A DNA stretch of 63,961 bases, the filler included, from Candidatus Tectimicrobiota bacterium (lineage in GTDB: Bacteria; JACPSX01): the NCBI GenBank assembly GCA_016193065.1. It is 7 parts of 7 records of this genome, joined end to end, with 100 filler letters (N's around TTAATTAATTAA, not from the genome) between each part and the next. Parts side by side here need not be neighbours in the genome. Positions count along the whole stretch, not along the records: positions 28,912 to 49,892 come from JACPSX010000086.1; positions 49,993 to 56,929 come from JACPSX010000123.1; 5 more parts are not named here. The stretch is one strand, 5' to 3'. How positions within the stretch are numbered: position 1 is the first letter of the stretch; each line of letters begins with the position of its first letter. Shown here piece after piece: positions 43,731-53,592 of this stretch. The translations under genes and the position numbers were made by a program. The notes below the pieces were generated by a model that was not told the origin of the DNA, ran no database searches, and was given only the letters and a program-made list of their open reading frames with translations.

Positions 43731-45434
43731 ATGACCTATCAGGTGACGGCGCGCCGCTGGCGCCCGCAGACATTTACCGAGATTATTGGCCAGGAGCACG
43801 TGAGCCGCACGCTGCGTAACGCTCTGGAGATGGGCAGGATTGCCCACGCCTATCTGTTCTCGGGGTCCCGGGGGGTGGGCAAGACCACCACAGCCCGGGT
43901 CCTGGCCAAAGCTCTCAACTGCTCCGGAGGGCCTCGTCCGGACCCTTGCAACCGCTGCAATTCCTGCCAGGAGATCACCGCCGGCACGGCTCTGGATGTG
44001 ATTGAGATTGATGGGGCCTCGAACCGGGGAATCGACCAGATCCGGGAGCTCCGGGAAACGGTGCACTACGTTCCCACCCGGGGCACCTACAAAGTCTACA
44101 TTATCGACGAAGTCCACATGCTCACCAAGGAGGCCTTCAATGCCCTCTTGAAGACCCTGGAGGAGCCCCCCCCTCATGTGATCTTCATCTTCGCCACCAC
44201 CGAGCAGTCCCGGATACCCCCCACGATCCTGTCGCGCTGCCAGTGCTACGAGTTCAAGCAACTGCCCCAGGCGCTGATTGCCGAGCAACTCGCACAGATT
44301 GCTGGAAAAGAACAGATCCAGATCTCTCCCCATAACCTGCAACTGCTGGCCAAAATGGCCCGGGGGAGCATGCGGGACGCCCAGAGTCTCTTCGATCAGG
44401 TGGTGGCCTTCTGCGGCCCGGTCGTCGGCGAGGACCACGTTCAGACCCTCCTGGGGGTGGTACGGACCGACTCACTGCGAGCCTGCCTGGATGCCGTGAG
44501 CAGCCGGAACGCGCAAGCCCTGCTGGAAACCCTGCACGAGGTCGTGCAGCGGGGCACCAACCCGCTGGCCCTCTGTCAGGAGATCCTGGAACAGTTCCGC
44601 CACCTGCTCGTGATCCAAAAAGTTCCGGACCATGCCCATCTCGTCGACGTCTCCCCGAGCCATCTCGAAGACCTGAGACGCCTGGCAGGCCGGTTTTCCG
44701 GGGAGGAACTACACCTGTTCTGTCGCCTTCTCTCCCAGGCCGAGGCGGAGATGCGGCGCTCCAGTGACCCCCTTCTCCACCTGGAAGTAGGCCTCCTGCG
44801 CCTGATTCATGTGAAGCCTCTGGCCTCTCTGGACGAGCTCGTGGCGCGGCTCGACCGCATGGAGGAACGCCTCAGGGGCGGCGCAGAGACGCCCCCGGGT
44901 ACCCACCCGGTGGGTGCCCCGGCAGGAAAAAATCGGCCGCCCGAACGCCTCTTTCCAGAAACGGCAAATCCCGGCCGGCCGGCCGAGAGCTCCCCGCCCC
45001 TGAAATTGCCGAAGGGTCCCACGGAGAAACCGAACCCCAGGGTAGCGGAAACACTCCCCTTGGCAGAACTCTGGCAGGAGATCGTGAACCGCTCGGTGGC
45101 CCGGAAACCTCTGCTGGGAACTTATCTCGAACCGGGATCTCTCCTGGAGAAGGAAGCGCATGTTCTGACGGTGGGCTACGCCAAGGCCGACGCTCTGCAC
45201 CGGGAAAAAGTTCAGGAAGGGGAGAACCGGCAGATACTCGAGGAGGCAGCCTCCGAGGTTCTGGGACGCCGGGTGCAGCTTCGCCTGCGCGAGCTTCCCT
45301 TGCAGGCTCCGGATGTGGACCCCGCCCCTGCGCAGCCGGCCGAGGAAGCCAGGAAAGAAACGGAACCCCAGCGGGCTACGGACATTGTCCAGGAGGCCCT
45401 CGAACTGTTTAACGGCACCATTGTCTTACAGTAG
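43731..45434 (+). CDS. dnaX: DNA polymerase III subunit gamma/tau
   Basis: ARRWRPQTF, GSRGVGKTT, EIDGASN, IIDEVHML, FNALLKTLEEPP, SRC. Confidence 0.97.
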   Translation: MTYQVTARRWRPQTFTEIIGQEHVSRTLRNALEMGRIAHAYLFSGSRGVGKTTTARVLAKALNCSGGPRPDPCNRCNSCQEITAGTALDVIEIDGASNRGIDQIRELRETVHYVPTRGTYKVYIIDEVHMLTKEAFNALLKTLEEPPPHVIFIFATTEQSRIPPTILSRCQCYEFKQLPQALIAEQLAQIAGKEQIQISPHNLQLLAKMARGSMRDAQSLFDQVVAFCGPVVGEDHVQTLLGVVRTDSLRACLDAVSSRNAQALLETLHEVVQRGTNPLALCQEILEQFRHLLVIQKVPDHAHLVDVSPSHLEDLRRLAGRFSGEELHLFCRLLSQAEAEMRRSSDPLLHLEVGLLRLIHVKPLASLDELVARLDRMEERLRGGAETPPGTHPVGAPAGKNRPPERLFPETANPGRPAESSPPLKLPKGPTEKPNPRVAETLPLAELWQEIVNRSVARKPLLGTYLEPGSLLEKEAHVLTVGYAKADALHREKVQEGENRQILEEAASEVLGRRVQLRLRELPLQAPDVDPAPAQPAEEARKETEPQRATDIVQEALELFNGTIVLQ

Positions 45435-45487
45435 AGAACGGGGTCCTGCCATGGCAGGCCTCCGGGATCTCCCCGGGAGGAAAGCAC

Positions 45488-45808
45488 ATGTCCAAGATGT
45501 TGGGCAACCTGATGAAGCAGGCCCAAAAGATGCAGGAGCAAGTGGCCCAGCTCCAAAAGGAGCTGGCCAATCGGACCATCGAGGCCACGGCCGGCGGCGG
45601 GATGGTCAAGGTGGTCGCCAACGGCAACCAGCAGGTGGTCTCCGTAAAAATCGACCCTACCGTTGTCGACCCGGCCGAGATCGAGATGCTTGAGGATCTG
45701 GTGGTGGCTGCGGTCAACGAGGCACTGCGCAAGGCTCAGGAGATGACCGCCGAGGAAGTCTCCAAGCTCACCGGAGGGTTGAAGATCCCAGGGCTCTTCG
45801 GGGCCTAG
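45488..45808 (+). CDS. ybaB: YbaB/EbfC nucleoid-associated protein
   Basis: MKQAQKMQ, AGGGMVKV, EMLEDLVVAAVNEA. Confidence 0.95.
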   Translation: MSKMLGNLMKQAQKMQEQVAQLQKELANRTIEATAGGGMVKVVANGNQQVVSVKIDPTVVDPAEIEMLEDLVVAAVNEALRKAQEMTAEEVSKLTGGLKIPGLFGA

Positions 45809-45824
45809 ACGAAGTGCAACCTCC

Positions 45825-46421
45825 ATGATCGGTCCCAAGGCCCTCGACAACCTGGTTCAGGAACTCCTCAGGCTTCCTGGCGTCGGCCCCAAGACGGCGC
45901 AGCGCCTGGCCTTTCATTTGCTCAAGCGCCCCAAAGCCGAGGCGGAGGCACTGGCTCAGGCTGTGGTTAATCTCAAGGAAAAAGTCGTGCACTGCTCCGT
46001 GTGCTGCGGCATCACCGAACAGGATCCCTGCCCCATCTGCCGGAGCCCCGAGCGGAATCCGGCTCTCATCTGCGTCGTGTAAGAGCCCAACGATCTCTTC
46101 GCCCTGGAGAAGTCCGGGGAATATCGGGGGAAATACCACGTCCTTATGGGTGCCCTTTCTCCCTTGGACGGGATCGGCCCGCAGGATCTGCGCATCGACC
46201 CCTTGCTCAACCGTCTCCGGGACGGCGGCGTGGAGGAAGTCATCATTGCCACCAACCCCAACATGGAAGGGGAAGCCACCGCTCTTTATCTCGCCAAGCT
46301 CATCAAGCCCCTCGGCATCAAGGTGACCCGGATCGCCCACGGTCTCCCCATGGGAGGGGATCTGGAATATGCCGACGAAGTGACCCTGGCCAAGTCTCTG
46401 CAGGGACGCAGGGAGATCTAA
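45825..46421 (+). CDS. recR: Recombination mediator RecR with an in-frame TAA at 46080-46082
   Basis: [13 protein letters not shown], zinc finger, [32 protein letters not shown], all in one frame. Confidence 0.92.
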
Positions 46422-46480
46422 ATTCTAAGACGCTATTCTCATTTTCCCAGAATTCATCGGAGCTTAGGCAAGGATGGACC

Positions 46481-46508
46481 TTGACAGGAAGCGCGGCAGG
46501 GCTATAAT
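46481..46508 (+). promoter_or_regulatory. Consensus sigma70 promoter of tRNA-Asn
   Basis: TTGACA-N16-TATAAT. Confidence 0.85.
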
Positions 46509-46573
46509 TCCTCCGGTGATTGGGAAGCATGTAGTCCTTCCCGTCCAAAAACGTAGCTGGCTGCGAATTGAGT

Positions 46574-46649
46574 TCCCCGGTAGCTCAGTTGGTAGAGCAG
46601 GTGGCTGTTAACCACCCTGTCGCTGGTTCGAGTCCGGCCCGGGGAGCCA
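46574..46649 (+). tRNA. tRNA-Asn(GTT)
   Basis: TCCCCGG/CCGGGGA, GGTGG-CTGTTAA-CCACC, GTTCGAG, GCCA; 76 nt. Confidence 0.97.
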
Positions 46650-46656
46650 GATTTCA

Positions 46657-46698
46657 AAAGGGCCGCTGGAGACACCTCCGGCGGCCTTTCTCTCTTCA
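46657..46698 (+). terminator. Intrinsic terminator after tRNA-Asn
   Basis: GGCCGCTGGAG-ACAC-CTCCGGCGGCC followed by TTTCTCTCTT. Confidence 0.7.
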
Positions 46699-46855
46699 TG
46701 GGCAGCGGCTGTCATCACGAACCCATCGAACCGAATTCGCCGGCCCGGCACGAAAAAACACCTTGAAGCGGATCGGGAGCAATCCTAACCTGCTCTAGTG
46801 GACTTTCCACATCCGATCCTCGGAATTCATCCCTGGTCTCATTCAGGAGGACCCC

Positions 46856-47551
46856 ATGCCACAAACACCTCACATCGAAAAGCACTTTACCTCATCCAAA
46901 GTCGTACGCGACATCGTCATCGGCATGGCGGACGGTCTTACCGTCCCCTTTGCACTCGCCGCTGGACTCTCCGGTGCCGTTGCATCCACGGCCATCGTGG
47001 TTACGGCCGGCTTGGCGGAGATCGCGGCGGGCTCAATCGCCATGGGGCTCGGCGGCTATCTGGCCGCCCGCAGCGACGCGGAACATTACGACAGCGAACG
47101 GCGGCGCGAGCAGCAAGAAGTCAGCGAGAAACCCTTGGAGGAAGCCGCGGAAGTGACAGCGGTCTTCCGTTCTTACGGGCTCACCGCAGAGGAAACAGCA
47201 CCGATCGTTGAGGCTTTGCGCAAGCGCCCGAAAGACTGGATTGATTTTATGATGCGCTTTGAGCTGGGCCTCGAGAAACCCAACCCGGGCCGCGCTCTCA
47301 GCAGCGCCCTGACCATCGGAGGAGCCTATGTCGCCGGAGGATTCATCCCTCTGGCACCCTACATCTTTTCTTCCTACTTGCCGACCGCGCTGTTTATCTC
47401 TGTGATCCTCACCCTTGCCGCCTTGACAATCTTCGGATACATCAAAGGGCACTTCACAGGAACGGCGCCCGTGCGCAGCGCGATTCAGACCATGCTGATC
47501 GGGGGAATCGCCGCCAGCGCTGCCTTCCTCATTGCCAAATGGATCTCGTAG
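46856..47551 (+). CDS. VIT1/CCC1 family Fe/Mn transporter
   Basis: VRDIVIGMADGLTVPFALAAGL, AGSIAMGLGGYLA, DFMMRFELGL. Confidence 0.92.
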   Translation: MPQTPHIEKHFTSSKVVRDIVIGMADGLTVPFALAAGLSGAVASTAIVVTAGLAEIAAGSIAMGLGGYLAARSDAEHYDSERRREQQEVSEKPLEEAAEVTAVFRSYGLTAEETAPIVEALRKRPKDWIDFMMRFELGLEKPNPGRALSSALTIGGAYVAGGFIPLAPYIFSSYLPTALFISVILTLAALTIFGYIKGHFTGTAPVRSAIQTMLIGGIAASAAFLIAKWIS

Positions 47552-47631
47552 TACCGCCCCAACTGGATCCGGCGAATTTGAACCGCCTGCATCGGGACCC
47601 GTCCGGCCCGGCCAGGGGGGAAGCGCGACGT

Positions 47632-48042
47632 TTAGCCTTTCAGGACACTTTCCAACGCTGCATCGCCGCCCCCCTGGAACGCCAGGGCGACATTCGCGGC
47701 CAGCAGGGTCAAGGCGAACTCGTACCCGTTGGGCAGGAAGAAGCCTGCCTTCAGGTGAACAGCGAAGATCGCCACCAACATGTCCACCGCCAGCAAAACG
47801 GCGGCCCAGCGCGTGAACAGTCCCAGCACAAGGGCCAAGCCGCCCAGAAACTCCACCGCCGTGACCACTACGGCGGCCAGCATGGGCACCGGGATTCCCA
47901 CCTGGGTCATGAAAGCGGCCACCCCGCCGAACCCCCAGACGAAGAGCTTCTGCCCGCCATGCAGCAGAAACACGACACCGACGATCACGCGCAAAACGGT
48001 GATCCCCCAGCCTCCCCTTGCTGCAGACTCGCCTGTGCTCAT
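47632..48042 (-). CDS. DoxX family membrane protein
   Basis: LRVIVG..FLLHGGQK, EFLGG..GLFTR, GYEF. Confidence 0.9.
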   Translation of the reverse strand: MSTGESAARGGWGITVLRVIVGVVFLLHGGQKLFVWGFGGVAAFMTQVGIPVPMLAAVVVTAVEFLGGLALVLGLFTRWAAVLLAVDMLVAIFAVHLKAGFFLPNGYEFALTLLAANVALAFQGGGDAALESVLKG

Positions 48043-48248
48043 CTCTTCTCCCTTCCTTACTGCTCTGATCTCCAGTTACCGAGCAGTATCCTAGAGACCC
48101 CTGTGAGTCCCGTCGCAGAACGGCCCGCTGCCGGTATGCTTGCACTGACAGAGAGCAACGGTCTTCTTCTCGCTCAGAGCAAACTCCATTCGGTTCACTG
48201 CTTTCATCTAAAGCCTTTTGACGTTAAACGATAGCCCCAAAAAAAATC

Positions 48249-48701
48249 CTACTTCCCCACCTTCCTCCCCACCTTCCGGCACAGGCGGCGGAGCTCTTCC
48301 TGCTCGGAATCCGTCAGGGTGCCCATTTCATCCACGATGGATTTCACATGATGCGGGAAGAACTCGCCGATGAACCGCCGCCCCTTTTCGGTCAGGTGGA
48401 CGGTTACGAACCTGCGGTCCTCCCCGGCGCGCTCGCGCCTGACCAGCCCTCGCTTCTCCAGGTTGTCGACGACCATGGTGATGTCCCCGCTGCTCTTGAG
48501 CAGCTTCTCGCCGAGTTCCCGCTGGCACAAGGGGCCCAGGTGGTAAAGCGCTTCCAGGGCTCCGAACTGCCGCACGGTCAATCCGGCGGCCGTGAGGCGA
48601 GGGTTGAGCCGCGAGGTGACAGACTCCGCCGCCCGCATCAAGGTGATGTAGGCGTTTAAGACCCTGACCTCCTTCTTCGTCCCTTTGTAGCGGGTTCCCA
48701 C
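48249..48701 (-). CDS. MarR family regulator (MhqR-like)
   Basis: QFGALEALYHLGPL, VVDNLEKRGLVRR, DRR..VHLTEKG. Confidence 0.92.
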   Translation of the reverse strand: MGTRYKGTKKEVRVLNAYITLMRAAESVTSRLNPRLTAAGLTVRQFGALEALYHLGPLCQRELGEKLLKSSGDITMVVDNLEKRGLVRRERAGEDRRFVTVHLTEKGRRFIGEFFPHHVKSIVDEMGTLTDSEQEELRRLCRKVGRKVGK

Positions 48702-48931
48702 ACTTACCTCCAGATCGAATCACTTAACATTAAACTATAGGACCTTCTGCGCGCTGTCAAGATCTGGCTTTCCCCTCTCTAGGGTGCAGGGTCCCCTGTG
48801 CAACGGGTTGCGCACTCCTGCGCACCGCTCTGCACATCCATGGTGCCGACTCCCTCATTCCTGAATTTCGCTGCGGGCGGAAGTCCTTTCCCCATCGGAC
48901 AGAAGCAAGTACTGCAAAGAAACCCGCGTCA

Positions 48932-48947
48932 TGGCACGCGGCTTGCT
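48932..48947 (+). promoter_or_regulatory. Sigma54 -24/-12 promoter upstream of the cupredoxin gene
   Basis: TGGCACG-CGGC-TTGCT, a perfect consensus match. Confidence 0.8.
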
Positions 48948-49113
48948 TTTCTTTAAGAACGAATAGAGAAACAAGTGAATCGGTCCATTTTCTACTGGAA
49001 AAGGAGGCAGCGCTATGGTGTGACCAGAAAAGACAGTGACGAGGGGGGCCGTGTGCAGGAAATCCACCCGCATGGATCTGCGGGGGCGCAAGGGCGTAAG
49101 GAGGTAACAAACT

Positions 49114-49581
49114 ATGCTGTCTAACAGTGGCATGAGCGTATGGCGAGTCGGTCTTCTGGGGGTCCTAATCGGGCTTCTGGTCCTGTCGTGTGGGCTCAGG
49201 ACCGCTCAGGCTCAATCGGTAAAGGAGTTCCTACTGGTCACGGGGGAGTGGTCATGGAAAGCCAAGGAAGGAGAGGCCCCCGTGGTGGACCGCAACCGAG
49301 GGGCGGTCAAGGAGATCGAGCGCTACACTTTTGATCCCCCGTTCCTGGTAGTCAACAGGGGTGATACTGTGGTCCTGAAGATCCATGCCCTCAAGGGGGC
49401 GAAACACGTTCTCGAGATCAAGGACTTCGGAGTCGGCGAGACCACCATTAACAAGGGAGAGGAGAAGACGATCAGGTTCGTCGCTAACAAGGCCGGAACG
49501 TTTAAGTTCCTCTGCACCAACCATATCAATGCGGAGAAAGAAGGGCCGATGGTGGGGTACATCTATGTCATCGGCCGGTAG
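49114..49581 (+). CDS. Exported cupredoxin-domain protein
   Basis: Signal peptide, FDPPFLVVNRGDTV, H, GTFKFLCTNH..M type-1 copper ligands. Confidence 0.8.
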   Translation: MLSNSGMSVWRVGLLGVLIGLLVLSCGLRTAQAQSVKEFLLVTGEWSWKAKEGEAPVVDRNRGAVKEIERYTFDPPFLVVNRGDTVVLKIHALKGAKHVLEIKDFGVGETTINKGEEKTIRFVANKAGTFKFLCTNHINAEKEGPMVGYIYVIGR

Positions 49582-49589
49582 GAGCAAAT

Positions 49590-49892
49590 CTTTTGCCATA
49601 GACCTTCGGCCCATCGCGCTCGTAGGGGCAAGTCTCGTTGCGATCTTCTGGACGGCACTCGCCGGTGGACAGGAAGGCTACCGGGAAGGAACCGTCGCTA
49701 ATGGCGCTACAATCGTCGGGGAGACGAGCTTTGCGGGGTCGCCCTCTGGCCCTTTTGTGGTCTGGGTGAAGAAGAACGCCGACGTCTTCGGCGAAAAGCT
49801 TCCGGACGAACGCGTCATCGTCTCGCCGACAGGCAAGGTGAAAAACGTACTGGTTACCCTAGAGGGGATCAAGAAAGGGAAGCGATGGCCAG
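49590..49892 (+). CDS. Exported beta-sandwich protein, N-terminal fragment (start uncertain)
   Basis: Hydrophobic leader, YREGTVANGATIVG, GKVKNVLVTLEGI; cut by contig end. Confidence 0.5.
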
Positions 49893-50106
49893 NNNNNNNN
49901 NNNNNNNNNNNNNNNNNNNNNNNNNNNNNNNNNNNNTTAATTAATTAANNNNNNNNNNNNNNNNNNNNNNNNNNNNNNNNNNNNNNNNNNNNCCCCCAGG
50001 GGTGTGTAGTACCTTCAAAAAATCAGATACTTAAGGAGAGAAGCACGGTTGAAGGGTGAGCGTTGATAGCTGATCGCTTTCCATACATAAAAGAGGAGGA
50101 GATCTC

Positions 50107-51309
50107 ATGGCTCGCAAGAGAGGACAGATGTATATGTGGGTCCTCTGGTGTGGGGTTCTTCTAGCTGCCTTGGCTGTCCATTCTTTGGTTTGGGCCCAGG
50201 CAAAACCTGTGATTAAGATCGTCAGTCAGAGTCCCCTGTCCGGGGAGCAGGCGGCTCTGGGAGAGCAGGTGAAACTGGGGGCGCAGCTCGCTGTGGATGA
50301 GTTAAAGAAGAACATTGAGGCCAAGGGGTTTAAGGTCGAATTTGTCCCCTACGATGATCAGGCCAAGCCCGATGTGGGGGTGGCCAACGCGAAGAGCATG
50401 GTGGCGGACCCCGATGTGTTGGTCATCATCGGCCATTTTAACTCGGGGGTTGCCCTGCCGGCCTCGGAAGTTTACAAGGATGCCGATCTGGTCATGATCT
50501 CACCAGCCAATACGAATCCCAAGATTACGGACCGCAATTACAAAAATGTAAACCGGGTCTGCGGCCGCGATGACGTGCAGGGGCCCGTCGGAGCCCAGTT
50601 TGCTGCCAAGGACCTCAAGGTGAAGTCCGTCTATGTCATTCACGACAAGACTCTCTACGGTCAGGGAGTTGCCGATGCCTTTGTGGAAGAGGCCAAGAAG
50701 TTGGGGCTCAAGGTTCTCGGCTATGAAGGGACCGAAGAGAAAGCCAACTTTGATCCCATCATTAATCCCATGCGCGCGAAGAGTCCGGACCTGGTCTACT
50801 TCGGCGGAATTTACAATCAGGGGGCGATCCTCCTGAAACAGATGCGCGAAAAAGGGGTGAAGGCCATCTTCCTGGGGCCCGATGGGCTGGACTCCTCGGA
50901 GATGGTTAAGATCGGCGCAAAGGCCGTGGTGGGGAGCTACTACACCACCGTGGCGGGTCCCCCTTCCGCATACCAGGAGGCTGCCAGTTTCGTGAAGAGA
51001 TTCAAAGGAAAATTTGGCAAGGACCCCGAATCCTTCAGCATGTACTCCTATGATTCCGCGGCAGTGGGGGTGAAGGCCCTGGAGATTGCCATTGCGGATG
51101 CCCAAGGGAAAAGGCCGACCCGGGCCCAGGTGAGCGTGGCAGTGCGGAAGATAAAAAACTTTAAAGGAATCACCGGCACCATCACCTTCGACAGCAAGGG
51201 GGATCCCGTCAAGGCCAAGTACTTCGTGCTCAGGTTTGCCGAGGAGAAGTACCCGGGCAGCATCGTGAAGACTCTCGAGCTCGGAGCGCCTCAGCCGAAG
51301 AAAGGGTAA
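50107..51309 (+). CDS. livK: Branched-chain amino acid ABC substrate-binding protein
   Basis: SPLSG, DDQAKP, GHFNSGV, RVCGRDDVQG, HDKTLYGQG. Confidence 0.9.
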   Translation: MARKRGQMYMWVLWCGVLLAALAVHSLVWAQAKPVIKIVSQSPLSGEQAALGEQVKLGAQLAVDELKKNIEAKGFKVEFVPYDDQAKPDVGVANAKSMVADPDVLVIIGHFNSGVALPASEVYKDADLVMISPANTNPKITDRNYKNVNRVCGRDDVQGPVGAQFAAKDLKVKSVYVIHDKTLYGQGVADAFVEEAKKLGLKVLGYEGTEEKANFDPIINPMRAKSPDLVYFGGIYNQGAILLKQMREKGVKAIFLGPDGLDSSEMVKIGAKAVVGSYYTTVAGPPSAYQEAASFVKRFKGKFGKDPESFSMYSYDSAAVGVKALEIAIADAQGKRPTRAQVSVAVRKIKNFKGITGTITFDSKGDPVKAKYFVLRFAEEKYPGSIVKTLELGAPQPKKG

Positions 51310-51363
51310 AGCGTTTGAGAGCTCCCACAGTACCGCGCCGTGCAGCCGTAGTGCCGAGATGAG

Positions 51364-52329
51364 ATGGAATTTGCCCTAGCCCTGGCCCCCCAAGTCCTCG
51401 TAGATGGCCTGGTCTTGGGGTTCATGTACGCCCTGATCGCGCTGGGCTACACGATGGTCTACGGGGTGCTCCAGTTCATCAACTTCGCCCACAGTGAAAT
51501 TTTTGTCCTGGGGGCCTTCGTCGGCGTCGAGATCCTGTTGGGCCTGCAGGGGGCGGGTGTGCTGGCGGGGATCCCGGTCTGGGTCCTCCTGCCGGTTCTG
51601 GTGGCTGCCGGCATGGCGGCCAGTGGCTTTCTGGCCGTCGGTGTCGAACGGGTGGCCTATCGCCCCTTGCGGGGTGCTCCTCGTCTGGTCCCTCTCCTTT
51701 CCGCCATCGGCATCTCCTTCTTCTTGCAGGATGCGATCCGCTTCCTGGAGAGCATCTGGCGCAACGCCTTTTATCTGACCTATCCCTCTCTGGAGGGGCT
51801 GGATCGACGGATCCAGCTCGGCCCCGCCCTCGACATCTCGGTGAAGTCTCTGGTCGTGATTGGTTCCTCGATCCTCATGCTGGTGGGCCTGACCTTCCTG
51901 GTCAACAAGACGAAGATGGGCAGGGCCATTCGAGCTGTGGCTCAGGATCCGGAAACGGCCAGCCTTATGGGGGTTGACGTGAACCGGGTTATTTCTCTCA
52001 CGTTCCTAATCGGCGGGGCCATGGGGGGAGCCGCCGGGGTCCTCTTCGGCATCCAGTATAGCCTGATCAGCCCCTACACGGGGTTCATCCCCGGGATCAA
52101 AGCGTTCACGGCGGCCGTGCTCGGGGGGATCGGCAACATCCCCGGGGCCATGGTGGGCGGCCTTGTCCTGGGGCTTCTGGAATCCTTTTCCGCTTCTTAC
52201 CTGTCGCTGCTCACCGGAGGTGCTTTCGGAGCCGAGTACAAGGACATCTTCGCGTTTTCTATTCTCATCCTGATCCTCATCCTGAGACCCAAGGGGCTTT
52301 TGGGTGAAGTGGTGGGGGAAAAGGCATGA
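51364..52329 (+). CDS. livH: Branched-chain amino acid ABC permease
   Basis: YALIALGYTMVYG..INFAH, GRAIRAVAQD, KAFTAAVLGGIG. Confidence 0.93.
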   Translation: MEFALALAPQVLVDGLVLGFMYALIALGYTMVYGVLQFINFAHSEIFVLGAFVGVEILLGLQGAGVLAGIPVWVLLPVLVAAGMAASGFLAVGVERVAYRPLRGAPRLVPLLSAIGISFFLQDAIRFLESIWRNAFYLTYPSLEGLDRRIQLGPALDISVKSLVVIGSSILMLVGLTFLVNKTKMGRAIRAVAQDPETASLMGVDVNRVISLTFLIGGAMGGAAGVLFGIQYSLISPYTGFIPGIKAFTAAVLGGIGNIPGAMVGGLVLGLLESFSASYLSLLTGGAFGAEYKDIFAFSILILILILRPKGLLGEVVGEKA

Positions 52330-53591
52330 GAGCCCTTAAATATCTTGCCCTGGCCCTGCTCTACATCGGCGGCACCTCTCTCCTGGTGATTGTTTTTCCC
52401 CGCTCCCTGCCGGCATTCCTGGCCTTTCAGAGCTCTTTGCTGCTGCTCTACTATCTGCCGCTGTCCCCTCATCTGCGGATCTCTCTGGCCTTTGCCGTCC
52501 TCGCGCTCCTCATGCCCCTGATCGGCACCATCAATGGGTATTATCTCGAGATTGCGATCCAGGTGGGGATCTTCGTGGCCCTGGCCCTGGGGCTCAACAT
52601 CGTGGTCGGCATGGCCGGTCTGCTGGATCTTGGTTACGTGGCCTTTTTCGCGGTGGGTGCTTACCTGTGGGCGATTTTCGGCTCTTCCCAGGCCAACGAG
52701 TTTATCCCCCGTTCCTGGCTCGAGTTTCCTTTGCCCCCTGCCTGGTTCTTTGTTTTCCTCCTGCTTGGAGTCGTGGCGGGGGCCTGCACCGGTTTCATTT
52801 TAGGGCTGCCCGTCTTGCGATTGCGGGGGGACTATCTGGCCATCGTGACGCTCGGGTTTGGCGAGGTGATCCGGGTGCTGGCCAACAACCTGGATAAGCC
52901 CATCAACTTGACGAACGGGCCCAAGGGAATCACCCCGATTCAACGGCCGCCGCTCTTTTTCCAGCACCTCTTGGAGAACTTGGGTTTTTCCGTCTCGACG
53001 CCGGCGCTTTACTCCCTCTAGTTTTATTTTCTGGTTCTGCTGGTGGTCCCCGCAGTCATCACCGTCACCCGCCGCCTGGACCATTCCCCCATCGGCCGTG
53101 GCTGGGAGGCCATTCGGGAGGACGAACTGGCGGCGGCCAGCATGGGGGTCCCCTTGATTCGCATGAAGCTGCTTGCCTTTGCCATCGGGGCCTCCTTTGC
53201 CGGGATCATGGGGGTCATCTTCAGCGCCAAACAGTATTTCATCAATCCGGAAAGCTTCACCTTCATGGAATCCATCGGGGTCCTGGCCATGGTGATCCTG
53301 GGAGGGATGGGAAGCATCCCCGGAGCCATCCTTGGCGCCAGCCTCGTCACGGTCTTGAACCTCCAGGTGCTCAAGGGTCTCTCTCTGTGGCTCAATACAC
53401 TGCGGAATTCCGGGCAGATTCTCTCCATTCCTTTTCTGGGTGACTTTGCCTTGAGCCAGCTTCCGGCTCAACTGGAACCGGCCAAGTATGAGCGCATGGT
53501 TTTTGGTATCATTATTGTGTTGATGGTCATCTTCCGGCCCCAGGGGATATGGCCTGCTCGCAGACGTCTGGGAAAGGCCGGAAGGGCATAA
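52326..53591 (+). CDS. livM: Branched-chain amino acid ABC permease with an in-frame TAG at 53019-53021
   Basis: GLNIVVGMAGLLDLGYVAF, LRLRGDYLAIVTLGFGE, then GRGWEAIREDE, FTFMES in the same frame after the stop. Confidence 0.9.
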
Positions 53592-53592
53592 C

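Noticed and set aside
44920-44940. Programmed frameshift site in dnaX (GGAAAAAAT)
   Set aside because: Only A6; matches neither the E. coli A_AAA_AAG motif nor a long A-run slippage site
45825-53591. Genetic-code reassignment to explain stops in recR (TAA) and livM (TAG)
   Set aside because: Different codons and different expected residues; both codons terminate many genes normally in this window; no suppressor tRNA seen
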